NCBI RefSeq assembly: GCF_036321535.1
Contig: NC_087437.1
Location: 102,364,001-102,428,000 of the forward strand
Reading direction: 5' to 3'
From: Camelus dromedarius
Taxonomy: Eukaryota
Length of the DNA: 64,000 bases
Both the position numbers and the translations under genes were made by a program. Below are positions 1 to 13,265 of this stretch, piece after piece (the stretch's first letter is position 1; each line of letters opens with the position of its first letter). The notes under the pieces were generated by a model that was not told where the DNA came from, made no database searches, and saw only the letters and a program-made list of their open reading frames with translations.

Positions 1-819
1 CTTTGACATATTGGTAACAGTTATAGCCAACTGATCCTACAGTCCTTATGGTCAACAGTTCCCAGCACAGCTTGCAAATGTCTGAGATGTTGTACTATTC
101 AGTGCATTTCTTTCCATTAGGATCCCATCCGAATTACTCATTGTGAAACTGTGCCGATACTGTATGTAGGGTCTATCACCATTACGACACATACTACTAA
201 TATGCTGGTCCTCGTTGCCAATTAGCTAGCAAGTGAATGATCCAGGTCCAAAAATCTTATTTTAAAATCTGCTTCCTAGGATAACTCCTGATCAACTATA
301 TTAAGTCAGTTGGAAATAGAGAGTAGAGAAAAAAATGTACAGGCAGAAGGTTTATAAAAGTTGTCTTAGAAACAACACCTATAAAAGAATGAGGGAAGCA
401 GAACTGGTAAATGGGAAAAGTTGAACAGTAAGAACAATGTAGTTGGAAAATAAGCCATAGAAGTTACCCTGGGACCTCTGAAGCCTCCCTAGACTTTCGG
501 GGTTTCCTTCCTTGCGGGGAAGGGGCCTAACGTTTCCACCACTGCAGCAGCCAGTCACTGGATGTGGGCTACTACTCCCGGGGAACAAGGATACCTTGGA
601 GAAAGGAGGCTCCTTCAGGGAGGGCAGTTCCTCCAGGCAACTCAGATGAGAGCCATCAACCATCAGTCCTCCCTGCGTCCTGAAGAGGAGGTTTTAGTTG
701 CACATGCCAGCACTTGCCAATCATACACTCAGTGAATGGCATCCCCATCCCCACCCATGTCCCACTTCCTCAAGGTGAGAGGCATTCTTGGCTATTTCCA
801 CAATATTCACACAGACAAT

Positions 820-1144
820 GAAATCCCTGGAATTCTCCCTCTCAAATACCCCTTGAGGCAGTCCACCTCCTTTGCCATCCTCACTCCGTCTGTTCTAGTT
901 AACAACTGTCATCATTTCCTACCTGGATACCCACCTGCACACCATCCTCCTATTTACCATCCCAACCTCAGCCGTGCCTCCTGTGAATTCATTAATGATT
1001 GGAGGTAGGGTGACATTTTAAAATCATTACTCCACTGATGAAGCAATGCAAAACTTTTACAGATACTTTACAATAAAGCCCAAATTTTATAAAATAGCTT
1101 TAAAAATCCCTTAGGATGTACCTGACTTATATTTTTAACCTCCT
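820..1144 (+). mobile_element. L2 LINE 3' fragment, interrupted by MLT1B
   Basis: Degenerate L2 motifs 'catcatttcctacctgga' and 'caataaagcccaaattttataaaatagctttaaaaatccc'. L2-like sequence resumes after 1535. Confidence 0.5.
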
Positions 1145-1535
1145 TGCAATATGCTAGACCTGCTGTAACAAAGAATCACAGATGGGATGTGTGTTTAATT
1201 TCTTTAAACAACAAAAATTTATTTTCTCACAGTTCTGGAGACTAGAAGTCCAAGATCAAGGGGTTGGCAGAGTTGATTTCTTTTAGGATCTCTCTTCTTG
1301 GTTTGTAAATGGTCTCCCTCCTCCTCTGTTTTCACACTGTTTTAGTGCCTATGTCTTAATCTCCTTTTCTTATAAGGACACTGGCTATATAGGATTAGGA
1401 CCCACCCCCAATGAGCTCATTAAACCTTAGTTACCTCTGTAAAGACACTATCTCCACATTCAGTCACGTTCTGAGTTACTAGGGGTTAGCACTTCAGCAT
1501 ACAAATTTATAGGGGATACAATTCAATCCATAACA
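1145..1535 (-). mobile_element. MaLR solo LTR, MLT1B-like
   Basis: Hallmark 'ttttctcacagttctggagactagaagtccaagatcaagg ... cttataaggacact ... ggattaggacccacc ... acaattcaatccataaca'. Confidence 0.85.
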
Positions 1536-1539
1536 CACG

Positions 1540-1905
1540 CCACCTTTAAAACCTGATGAAACACATTACTTCTCCAAATGTGCCTCACTTTTACTTAATT
1601 TAAGCTTGTCTCTATACTATTTCCTGGTTTTAACTCTCCTTCTCTGTTCCTTCAGGTTTAAGATCGAATGTCATTCTCACTTAAAACCCTTTCTTTGTAT
1701 CTGTATAATTGAATTAAGTGTCTTTTCCTTGAATTCCAATTGTATTCTTTTCATTCACACCGTAGCATTTTATCAGATGTTGTTTTAATTGTGTACTTAC
1801 TCATTTATTTCCCCCATTAGATTAAAACTCCAAAAGGAAAGAAATATTCTCTTGTTTGCTATTATGTCCCCAGGATCCAGCACAGTATCTAGCATAGATT
1901 AGAAT
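1540..1905 (+). mobile_element. L2 LINE 3' end
   Basis: 'ccccattagattaaaactcc ... atgtccccaggatccagcacagtatctagcatag' resembles the L2 terminus. Confidence 0.6.
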
Positions 1906-3149
1906 CACTGTATTTTTTTTCTTACATTATTAATTACTTGAAAAGGGCAGAGTGTGTTTTATTCAACGTTGTTTCTACCTCAACATCCTGAAACTTAGTT
2001 TACCTAATAATGTGTTTAATAATTGTTGATTCAAATTTATTTAAATATTTTAAATACTTGATTTGATTGGTTTGGAAGTTACATAAAGTGTAGACATTAA
2101 ATCATGTTCCTGTATGCTCTTGATAGGTTATGATTATGGCTAAAATCTCAATAATGTTTTCAGAAGTGGATCCTAAATGGAGGTCAATGAAATACTTGGA
2201 TTTCATAAAAGATTTCTTAGTGTCAATCCTTTAATAACAATTATTTTCTCCAACCTTTGCAATGAATACCTGCAGTCTGGACTGTTTTTTTCTATTAAAT
2301 TTAAATAAGACTAACAAATACATTTAAGGATTTTTATGGAAAAGGAAGTGGCATAGTGCACGTAGTGTAAAGTTTTTTATAATGAGATAAAATGAGATAC
2401 CCAGTAAAACTTCAAGAAATAAAGTAACTAGAAATATGGAAACAAATATCTTTGGGCATTATTCTGAGAAATGAACCATAGAAATTAAGAGGTTGAAAGG
2501 AATAAGGAATTTAGAGAAACAATTAAACTAATGTAATAATTTCAGAGGTGAAGTTTTGACATAGGAAGATTTAAAGGTCTTATCCTCTAACCACAGTTTA
2601 GTAACAGCAGCAAAATCATATCCTCATATGTTTTATATAACACTGTGTCCTCAAACAAAATAAATCTTGCACTAAATACATATACTCCATATCTGCACTG
2701 ATGAGATGATGCAAATCCATATTACTTTTTAACAAATGGTTTGTTCACTGCCTTGTATTGAATACTTTCTTTTGATGTGTGCAAATTCTATAAGAATGAG
2801 ATTTAAACCTAAGTGCAATAGAGATTTAACAGAAACACATAAATTGCATGGGTCAAAAGGAAAGGGTTAGTAAAGGATTTCCAATATGTATTACCTCATA
2901 GAAATTATATCTCTATATTTTAAGACATAGAGTAAAAGCATCTAGATGAAAAGAAGTAAAAACCCAAACCAAAAAGCACAGCAAATGATTGTTTGACTTA
3001 ATTGACAAAGAGAAGAGATACATGGAATGTCAATTATTAATAATAAAAGGCATATTGGTTTACATTAGTACAATCTTTAACCAATTTTAAAATACTTCTG
3101 ACCTGTTCTCTCCCATTTGAGCCACAGGCAAATGAGTACATAGGTCACT

Positions 3150-3215
3150 TAATATTACCATTTATACATCCAGACACAGAAACTCAGAGCTTTTGTGACT
3201 TGTCCAAGTTTACCT
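3150..3215 (-). mobile_element. MIR core fragment
   Basis: 'gaaactcagagcttttgtgacttgtccaag' is the reverse MIR core. Confidence 0.45.
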
Positions 3216-3221
3216 ACATAG

Positions 3222-4480
3222 ACTGCCTCTGGTCAAAATCACCGAAGACCTCCGCATTGCTAAAGCCATTGGTCAATTCTCAGCCTTCATTTCCCTTGAC
3301 CCAGCAGCCATGCTGACCACAGCTCATGCTTTCCTCCCATGTCTTTATTTGGCTTCCAGAACACCACTTACTTTTGGCTTTTTTTTTGTTTTGGTCTTCT
3401 TCACTTACTGCTATCTTTTCTTAGTCTCTTTGTTGTTTCTTCCTCTTCTTTCTGACTTAACATCAAATGCCCCTTTGATTCTTCAGATATACTCACTCCC
3501 TTATTGATTTCATTTTGCCTCCTTACTAAGAAGTACCAGCAATATCTCTCCAAAATTTACTTCTCTAGCTTGAACCTTCTTACACTGTGGATTTATATAT
3601 TTGGCTATCTATACAATATATCCATCCAGGTGGCCTTCAGGTTAGACATGGCAGAAACTGACTTCCTGCTTGCCTTCCCCCAACCTTTTGTATCCATAGG
3701 CTTCCCCACTACTGTGTGTAGGTAATCCACCTTTTAATCAGGAAGCACACATCCTGTGAGATGGGGAATGAGATTTGACCTTTGGCTTTCACAGTGTTCA
3801 GGACATTGCTGAATCTGACAAGAGGCAGTTTACTTATATAAATGTGTATGAGTTACAAAATCCCTGAGTTTCTACAAGTGGATGCATATAGATATTTTAA
3901 ATCTCTATTAAACTTCACTACCTCTACTGCTCAGACCCTAGTCAAACCCACATTTATCTCTTACCTGGACTACTGCAATAAGCTCTCTCTTATTTATTTA
4001 ATATTATAGCTTCCACTTTGTCCCTCCCCCACCCAGACTACTTGCAACACAGCAGTTCTTATACTCTTTTAAAATATGAATCAGATAGTCTCACTCTTGG
4101 AAAAACCCTCCAGGAGTCTGGTCTTACTCAGACTAAAGGGAAAAGTCCTTCCTATGGTCCAGAAGATGCTCCAGGATCCCACAGCCACCTCGTAATTCTG
4201 TGCTGTCTACTCCTGCAGGCTCTCCCTTGCTCACTCTATTGCAGTCATACTGACCTCTTTGCTGTCCTAGAAACACGTCAGGCAACACCCATCTCAGGAC
4301 ATTTGCACTGGCTAGTTCTCTCTCCAGAAAACTCATCCCTGGCTATCATTTTGTGATAACTCTCTCTCCTCCTTTATTTAAATATTGCCATAATCAAAGA
4401 GCTCTACTTTGAAATTCTCATCTACATTTCCTTTTTGGTTTTTATCCTTCTGCTACCATCTTCTAACAAACCTGACTCCC
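3222..4480 (+). mobile_element. L2 LINE fragment (RT-region remnant and 3' region)
   Basis: 'ggtcaaaatcaccgaagacctccgcattgctaaagccattggtcaattctcagcc' and 'tctcttacctggactactgcaataag' are typical L2 motifs. Confidence 0.75.
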
Positions 4481-4779
4481 ATGGGAACCTTGGCAGGGCT
4501 TTTGCCCACCTTTATCAAGGTCAGTAAATGATTTAAACAAGTGACATCCCTACTAAAAGAGTGTGAAACAGAAGAGGAGTTTGGAACTTGGGTGAATGTT
4601 GTTCACCATATCCAGACATATTCATTTTTCTCTCCATTTTAAGTGTTTAGTATAAAAAGTATGTAATATATTCCAAATATAAAAGTGGACTAAGAAGAAC
4701 TGAAATGGATTATCTCTAATTTATTTATATTTTTCAGAAGCCTAGATAATTTTCCTAACCCTGAAATTAATATCCCTAC

Positions 4780-5216
4780 AGTAGTTGGTTGAATAATGTA
4801 TCTCAAAAATTCAAGTCCTCCAGGAATCTCAGAATGTGACCTTATTTGGAAATGAGATCTTTGCAGATATAAGTTAAGATGAGGTCATCCTGAATTAAGA
4901 CAGGCCCTTAATCCAGTGACTGGTGTCCTTATAAGAAGAGAAGAGAATAGAACACATACACACAGGGAAGAAAGCCATATGAAGACAGCAGAGATGGAAT
5001 TATGTTGCTGCAACTGAAGAACAAGGAAATTAGAAGCCATCAGAAGCTGGAAGGGACAAGAAAGGATTCTCCCCTAGAGCCTTTGGAGGAAGGATAGCTT
5101 GCCAACACCATGATCTCAGATGTCAGATCTCTATAATTGTGAGAGAATTAATTCCTGTTGTTTAAAGCCACCCAGTTTGTGGTAATTTGTTACAGCAGCC
5201 TTAGGAAACTAATAAA
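4780..5216 (+). mobile_element. MaLR solo LTR, MLT1C-like
   Basis: 'cagaatgtgaccttatttggaaat ... gactggtgtccttataagaag ... aagccacccagtttgtggtaatttgttacagcagcc ... aactaata'. Confidence 0.9.
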
Positions 5217-5940
5217 TACTTTATAAATAAAATAAGGGCATATAATAAGTATCATCAGCCATCTGTCACAATTATTTCACCAAAGGAATAATTTGTAAAT
5301 AGATAGTTGAAGATAATAAGAAACACCCATTTTCTAATCAGTGTGATCCTGAAGCATAACGTAATCAATAAGTTCACACCCAAGCAATTACACTGTCCTC
5401 TATCTGAAGAAAGAACAGTATAAAAGAAGACAATATTCAATAGAATTTAGCAAGCCAGGGACCAAAGAGCAAATTTTTGTCAGGAAATTCTCAGTAGCTT
5501 CAGAGATAGAAGATACACCGACTAGCTAATTTGAACACATGTAACATGTAATTGAGAATCTGTCAAAAACAGTATACATACAAGACAGTTATATTTTCAT
5601 TGTAAACAAATTAAAACCTATTTTAAACAAAAATATATAGTGACTATGATTAATATAGAATAGTAGTAGTTTCTGCATACATTAATTAACAACGTTAACC
5701 TAGAAAGTAATCTCTGCATCATGATAGATCTTCATTGGTTAGTTAGTTAGTTAATTAGTTAGTTAATTGGTTATTTATTCAGGCATTTAAGTATTTATTA
5801 AGCAATGACATAATGTTTTAACAGTATTTCTCTGGTTTTCCTAATCACCTTCCCAGAAATGATCTCTATTATTACTCTGTCAAATTGCTGCAAACAAGTC
5901 ACTATAATTATATCCAGTTCTCCCTTTTTTGATCCTCCTT

Positions 5941-6725
5941 GAATCAGTTCATATCCAATCAGGAGACAGAAACCACAATTTAACTTGAACAGAAGAAGTT
6001 TAATAAAAATAATTGTTAACAGTAAGCAAAGAAATGATCAGCATGTAAAGAGAATTTTAAAGTACATGAGGAAGAAAGGACAAATTTGGATGATTGTGTC
6101 CCCACCCCAAGGCTGGAATCCAAGTCTTCTTTGGAGAAGTTGTGATTGCAGCCCACTGGATGGTGGAAAAGTCCACTGGGTTGCTCCAGAGGCAGAGGGG
6201 CTGGAAACACCCCATCCAATGTGCAAGTAGGCCGAGAAAAATGTGTGCAGTGGCAGTTGGGGTGTCAGGAGCCTCGGGTGCTCTTGGTAAGGTTGCACAA
6301 ACTAATCTCTTACCCTCAAGGGTGCAGGCTGAGCGAGGCTGACAAGCAAGGGTGGAGAGAGAGTTGGAGCTTTGGGAACCTGCTGGTTGCCAGGGCAGCT
6401 TGAGGTCTGGATGCACACAGTACTTATTTCAGGAGGACAGCAGAAATGTGGCCATCAGACCTGGGCAGGGGCTGCAAGCTTGCTGGGAAACTGCATGCTC
6501 TGGGCTTATGCAGAATCTAGTACAACTGAACAGTGGCAGCAAGAAAAAAGAAAAATGGCAATAAAATAGATCCAGGAGGAGAAGCTCCTTACTACCGCAG
6601 TGTCCCTTCAGTGCTCCCTACTGACAAAGCTCACTATTGTGCTTGCTGCAAAGCTCCTTTATTTGCAGAGCAGGTAAAGAGAAGTGCATTTGGAGCCAAG
6701 AGCAATCCATTGATAACAAGAGCAT
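5941..6725 (-). mobile_element. Ancient solo LTR, LTR78/LTR79-like
   Basis: Starts 'tccaatcaggagacagaaaccac ... gaagtttaataaaa' and ends 'cagtgtcccttcagtgctccctactgacaaagct ... ccattgataac'. Accounts for the GC-richer ORF cluster at 5985-6825. Confidence 0.6.
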
Positions 6726-6864
6726 TCTTCTTTGGTTGTTTAATTCAAAATTTCTAAAGCCACTATCTCAAATACCCAAAGGGCTAAAATTTAGGTCTCA
6801 TTTTCCATTTTCACTGAAATTTTGATGTATCTCTTACTCTGCAAACAGAGTTATCTTCAGAGAT

Positions 6865-6950
6865 ACCATTTTACACAACTCCAGGGGATATCATTTCTAC
6901 TGGCGCCCACGTGAATGACACACACCACTTTGGATTGTGCGGTGAACATT
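6865..6950. mobile_element. MER91-like hAT MITE remnant
   Basis: 'cacaactccagggg ... gtgaatg ... ggattgtgc' resembles the MER91 palindromic core. Confidence 0.45.
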
Positions 6951-9900
6951 CACAGAAATCTTAAATATCCATATATATTGTATTTTAGGTCACATAATTT
7001 AATTCCTCGAGAATAAAGTTCGAACTCCTTAATATTTTATGCCAAGCCTTCTCTGATCAATATTCCAGTGATATTTCAAGCTTCTACTTTCACTCCCTAC
7101 TTTATGAGACAGATACTCTAAATCCAGTTTGTGCCATTTGGCCTTTGGGCTTTGATATATTGTCCCAAAACGAGATTGTTCTTATTCTTTTGTGTTTCTG
7201 CTTATGGCTATTCTACTATATAGCCGATGATCTGTCTCAAATGGCATCTCCGTCATTAACCTTCTGAAATAGAAACATTCACTCCTGATGAGAACCACAA
7301 CGATGCACGTTAAACTGTACCTTTTTAGAGCACATTCTTGATTCACTGTGTGATATTAACATTAAAACATCTGTTTCCACATTTATTCTTTAAGATCAGG
7401 GACTGTGTGCCTCAGTTACATAATATTTTGGACAAAGAAGATGTCAGCTTATTTTAATCTGAAAGGGAATTAATTTCTAATAAACCTGAAAAGCAAATTT
7501 TAAAAATAACACACAATTTTGCATTTCTTTTTTTAATGAAAATGGAAGTGAGATAATATGTTAAGCATTTAAGCAAAACTCAAATTTTAGATAGAGATCA
7601 TATTTATTGGCCTAATCCACTCATATAGTGTTTGGTTGGCAGAATGCCACTCCCTTCCTCACTCCCCCAAAATGAAACTTCTCAGCCACTTTTACTATAC
7701 AAATTAATTTCTGAGAAGACATATCTTTTTAAACTGTAGGCCCAGGATCAGCTCATAGGCATTTCAATTCTTCATGTAGTTTTTTTCTAGCTATGTGGCT
7801 TTCAAAATTTAGGAAGTCATACTGGGCCTTCTTTTCTTTATCCATCAAGCATGAGTGATAAGATTGTATCAATCTGAATATGTGTGTCATGTTACAGGTG
7901 CACATATGCAAAAAAAAATTCTTTGTTTATCTACAACTGAGGTTTAATTAAATTCCTCATTCCATTGGCTGACAAATGAAATCTCACTTAAGTCATGTTC
8001 CTGTCATCATTTCTTGAGTCAGCACTTAAATTCTAAATCAGAGAGTAGTTGGGGAAATCAGACACTCTCAAGGCAATTGCGTGTGTCTGTGTTCTGGGCG
8101 TGGGGCCACATCACGTCAGGTTCCAACGTTACCCCTGCCTGCCGCCATCTGCTGAGTGAGCCTCTCACATTTCAGGCTGAGCCGTTCACTTGGGGTCCCA
8201 GGGGGACACTGCCATGCCACGCCCTTCATCTCCCTGTCTCCCAGGGCTCGCTCCATGTGGCTTTGCTGCACAACTCTGCTCTCTTTGGCCTCTGCATTTA
8301 AGTACCTCAGTTGATTTGGGGACTCTTGAGCCATGGTAGACTAGGGAGACCTCTGGGATCCGGACACTTGGATAACAGGGACAGATGTTCCTCACCTCTT
8401 TGGACCTGGTTGCTACAGAATTCTCTCCCTCTCTGGTTGCCACCCAGGACAGTGTGGGCTGCAGCACTGTGTACCTTCTCAAAGGTCCCTCTGTGTCTAA
8501 GTTCTTTTTCTTTCCCTCTTCATCTTCCTCTGTTTCCCAAAATCAAATGAATCGTGTGTGTGTGTGTGTAGTATGGGGAGATGTGAGGAAATAGGGGGAA
8601 GTGATAGAAGAACCTTTCTTTGATAAACAGCATTTTCCAGATTTAGTGATTATACCCTAACTCTCAACCTTTTAACACAAAAGCTAAGACTGTGATTCTT
8701 TGTTGGTTAGCCTTTGCTGAGTCAATAAATGAAAAGACCCTAACTCTTCAAAATGAGGGAAAGAGAGCGATAAAAAATGTTGAAGGAGGTACAAGGAGAG
8801 AGTGATGGTTAATTTATGAAAGTGTTTCCAACTCATTAAAAAAAAATAGCAAATCTGTATAAAACCCTAAAAACAGTGCCCAAAGCACTGAAATTGCTTA
8901 ATAAATATTAGTTATTAGAACTGTTGTCTAAGCCTGAGAGCAAAGAATGAGCTTGAGATTGTAACAGAACAGGTTAGCAAAATAGACCTTCCTTCATGCT
9001 GTTGTATCTGCATTTTTTTAGAATCAGATTTCAAAATGTCAGAAACACCTATATGCCCCAGGTTATATAAAAGTTATATATTGCATAATTAAAATTAATT
9101 ATGGTAAAATGAAACATCAAATGAAATACTATGAAACAATAAAATAAAGTAGAAAAAGATACAGTTTAAAAAGAAACTGAAAAGAAATATATATGCTAAA
9201 AAATTGTTCAAAAACGAGAATTTAATACATTGTTTAGATGAGATGTAAAAAGCTGAACCATAAGATAGAAGAAAACAAAATAAAACTGACATTTAAAAAA
9301 AATCCATAAAAATAAAGCCCATAGTAGAAACTGGGAAATTTTTTTAATCAAAAAGTTTCTCTATTTATAAAGTTTAAAAAGTAGAAAAAAAATCTAATTT
9401 ATAAGACATTATAATTGCAGAAAATTCATAGTCCACTGTTTCAGTCTTGTATTTAGATCCAGTTACCAGTTTTTTATTTTGCTGATGATAGATCTTACGC
9501 ATTATCTAACTGTATTTATTGTAGCTCTTGCAGAGGAAGCACTTTTGTTCATTATCAGTAAAATATAGACAAGAGTATTTTTAACTTGAAGTAGTTAACT
9601 TTAATGTTTTTCCATCAGTTAAAAGTCCATTTAGTTATCTTCTGTTTCCTATTTTTGTTGATTAAATATTTCCCAAATATACTATTACCACAATGATGAA
9701 AAAACTTTTGCATGGGCAAGGGTGTGTGTGAATTTGAATATTTATGAGACTCAAACTCCTCAAGCTAAACATTCATGCTGTTAAAAGGATTTAATTATAT
9801 TATTTATCCTGCATTCGGCTCAATAAGGCTACATTTAATCAGATTGAAAGTGTTCAAAAGTGAATCTTATAGATTAATCCATATATTAAATAACATGTAA

Positions 9901-10289
9901 AATATTAGATATCAGTTAAATAGATCAGTTATGTATAAAAATTGGAGTATAATAGATGATTTTAGCAAACAAATTATTTGCAGGTTTTACCAATGGAGAA
10001 TAATAACCAATCAAAATATACAAATATTCCTGGACAGATTTAAAGGTATTTATAAGCAACAGATGTCCTAGTTATCAGTACAGTGCCTCTTTCTTGGCAA
10101 TATAGGCAAGAACATTCACTTTTTCTGGTTTTACAGCCCTAAAATGATGATAACTGGCATTCACGGGTGAAAGGAACACTAGAGGTGGGAGACTATAGTC
10201 CATGTTTTACAAAAGGAATGGATAGAAGGCTTTATCATTGCCTCCACGCTTTTATTTTTCTGATTTTCTTTTTCTTCTTTCTTTTTTTA

Positions 10290-10465
10290 AAGAGTTTTTT
10301 TTTTTTTTTAGAGCAGTTGTAGGTTCACAACAAAATTGAGTGGAATGTACAAGGACTTCTCCTGTACCCCTGGCTCCACACTTGCAAAGTTTCCACTGTT
10401 ATCAGCATCTCCCACCAGTGGTGCATTTGTTACAGTTGGTGAACCTGCACTGACATATCACATCT
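10290..10465 (-). mobile_element. L1MC-type 3' end
   Basis: Poly-T followed by 'agagcagttgtaggttcacaacaaaattgag ... catttgttacagttggtgaacct'. Confidence 0.75.
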
Positions 10466-10469
10466 AACA

Positions 10470-11700
10470 TACTACTGTTTTTCTCTGGTTATGTATTTTT
10501 CGATGTAGTTGGGATCATGGTGGTCATGTTACCATGTAGCATTTTAACTTTTTTTCTCTTTAATAATACAGTATGATCATTTTCTCATATCATTGAGTGT
10601 ATTTTGTCAAATAATAGGATCTCTGTCTTATTTAACCAGCCTCTGCATGTATTGTTATGTCTGTGCTTCAAAGTTTTAATTATTACATATTTAAAATGAG
10701 CCTTAATATTTAGTTGGACAAGATCAAATTGTTCATCGTTCTGTTAATTGAAGGGGTCTTTAAATTACTTCAGTAAAGCTGTATAATATTTTCTATTGAG
10801 TTCTTGAAAATCTTTTTTGTATTTATCCAAAGATACATTATATTTCATTGCTATTGCAAATGGTATCTATTAACTATAATTCCTTAATATTTGTTACTGA
10901 GGATGAAGAATTCAGTTGATTTTTTAAAATCTTACATATAGCAGCATGGTTGCATGCATTAATTTTTTAAATTTTCTGTAGATATTATCTGTGATAGTAT
11001 TTTTTGCTTAACCTCTTCTAATCCTTCACCATCTTTTAAAATTTACTCTGTTTACCTGTTTTTTGAACTTTGTTTTCAGTGTTGAAACTGTTCATTAATA
11101 GAGGCTATCTTTATCCCTAATGATGTTTTTTACAATAACTTTAACTTTGTCTGAAAAATATCATTACTGGATTTCACTTGCCAGTTCTATCTTTTGTCTA
11201 CATCATAATGATGTACATCATACATCATATTTGTTCTCTTTTATATGTGTTCTTTGTAAATATCACTGGATTTTCATATAATCTGATAATTTCTGTATTC
11301 TAACCAAAAATTTAATTCGTTTATAATTACTGTGATTACTAAAACGTTTGTACACATATGTGTATGTATATAGTATATATACATAAATTTAATCAATTTA
11401 ACCTATTCCCATATATATCTCTATATATAAGTATATAGCTGTATCTCCATTATCTTATTATGTGCTCTGTTTTTCCTGCCTTTAATTTAGTCCCTTTTTT
11501 GTTTCTTCTCCTTTTGTACTGATTGCCTTTTTTAATCATATATGTCCACTCTACTGAAATGGAAAGATACATACTGAATTCCAGAATTTTAATTCTAATA
11601 TTGAAACTTTTAGCATCCATACTTAAATTCTTATTTTTACTTGTGTATTTCTCTATTTCCCAGTGTAGGCCTCATTCTCATATATTTGACTACTGCTTGA
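10470..11700 (-). mobile_element. Highly decayed old L1 (L1M/L1ME) fragments
   Basis: T-rich sequence with L1 antisense motifs such as 'gctattgcaaatggtat' and 'ttaattcgtttataattactgtgattact'. Confidence 0.4.
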
Positions 11701-11744
11701 TCCTGTCCTGGCAATGGTCTTCCTCTCATGACTGTAAGATTATA

Positions 11745-11768
11745 CACACACACACACACACACACACA
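11745..11768 (+). repeat. (CA)12 microsatellite
   Basis: Read directly. Confidence 0.95.
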
Positions 11769-12209
11769 TATGTACTATATATATTATAGTATAATAGTAT
11801 TGCTACTCTAAACTTTATTGCTGTATTCTACATATTCTGCAATTAATGGCCTCCACTGTAACTGTTTCTTGGCCAAAGCCACTATATTTTCAGTCCCTCA
11901 GAAGAAACCTCAATATTTCTGATACATCAAAATACCACTTCTGTTTTCTGACCCTAGCCCAGTAGTCCTTCAGCATGTCCTCTTGTTTCTTTCATTGAAT
12001 GTTGGATAGAGAGCCACTGCTTATACTTCCTTTCTGCTGTAATCTTTCTGAGCTCCTCCAAACAACATGCTCTTTCATTCATTAAGTAGGTTGTTCATGT
12101 TATTCAATCTGGTGGAAACATCTCTGGCTATAACTGTCTTGGCAGCAATGGACATATTTTTCTCATTTCCTAAGCATTTTTTCCCTTTCCTAAGCATGTT
12201 TCCCTTTTG

Positions 12210-12520
12210 GTACCCAAGGTGCTGCTATGTCTGAGGGCCAACAGTTCACTTGTCATGGGAGTCCTGAGCCATACCCCTCTGGCCATTTCTGCAGAGTTGG
12301 TCAACCAGCGAAATCATGGAAATTCTGACTTCTCATTCACCTGATACCTTTGGATGAAACACCATAGCACAAGCAGGAGGATCTGGGACTGGAGCAGGGA
12401 TGCCCATTCACTAGGTACTGAATTTCAGAATGGATGTGGGGTACTTCCCTGTGGGATAAACTTTGACCAATAAGAAACAGTAGATAAGAAGGAGATTGGC
12501 ACAGAACTCCTCTCTACAGC
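12210..12520 (+). mobile_element. ERVL LTR fragment, LTR41-like
   Basis: 'gggataaactttgaccaataagaaacag ... aggagattggcacaga' resembles LTR41. Confidence 0.45.
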
Positions 12521-12534
12521 CTTCTAATGTGCTT

Positions 12535-12660
12535 CAGTCTCTGTTTCCTAAAGGATCTAAGAGCCTGTCTTTTTGTAGTTCATAGTATATCAAGTATCTA
12601 GATATGGTACCTGACACATAACAAATACTCTATTAACTTTTGTTCAATGATTGAATATGT
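12535..12660 (+). mobile_element. L2 3' terminus
   Basis: 'gtacctgacacataacaaatactctattaacttttgttcaatgattgaa'. Confidence 0.55.
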
Positions 12661-12699
12661 GTTTGGGGTTAGAGGAATAGTTTAAAACATAAAAAAGAG

Positions 12700-12900
12700 T
12701 ATCTGTCATGCCCAGAATATATCTGTGCTGGACCCTAGCAGGCATTTCAAATATTGTTTTAGTTCATCTTCATAAAAACACTATGGATGTGATTTTTTTA
12801 ATCTCCATGTTACTGATGAAAGTTTGGTCGCTTAGAGAGGTTAACGTGACCTGTACAAGGTTACACAACTCATGATTGATAGAATTGGGAATTGTGCACA
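12700..12900 (-). mobile_element. MIR SINE
   Basis: 'ctccatgttactgatgaa ... cttagagaggttaacgtgacctgtacaaggttacaca'. Confidence 0.6.
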
Positions 12901-13079
12901 AGAAATGTCATGTTCTTCTGCAATTCAGGGCTATTTTAGGAGCTTATCTTTATTCCTTATGACTCTGCATTGGAAATAAATGGCTAAAAATTTTTCATAG
13001 AGAGTGACACAAAATTCTCCCACAGCTTAGAGAAGTCATTTCTGCCCCTCTGCTGTTCTATAATAGTTAATGTGATATA

Positions 13080-13265
13080 TGAAAAGGAGACTCTTTGGAG
13101 AAATGGAGTTATTGTTTGCCATTTATTTACTGTGTGACCTTGGGCAAGTAACGGAGATACCCTGGGCCACTGTTTTCTTAAATCTCACAGGAAGGCTATA
13201 AAAACTACCTCAGGAATTGGTTGCCAAAATTTTAATAACTATTATAAATCTTCAATAAATGTTTC
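13080..13265 (+). mobile_element. MIR SINE
   Basis: 'ctgtgtgaccttgggcaagtaa' MIR core. Confidence 0.6.

Noticed and set aside
5985..6825. Dense cluster of overlapping ORFs as a gene
   Set aside because: It lies in a GC-richer ancient LTR. ORFs occur on both strands and none resembles a protein family I know.
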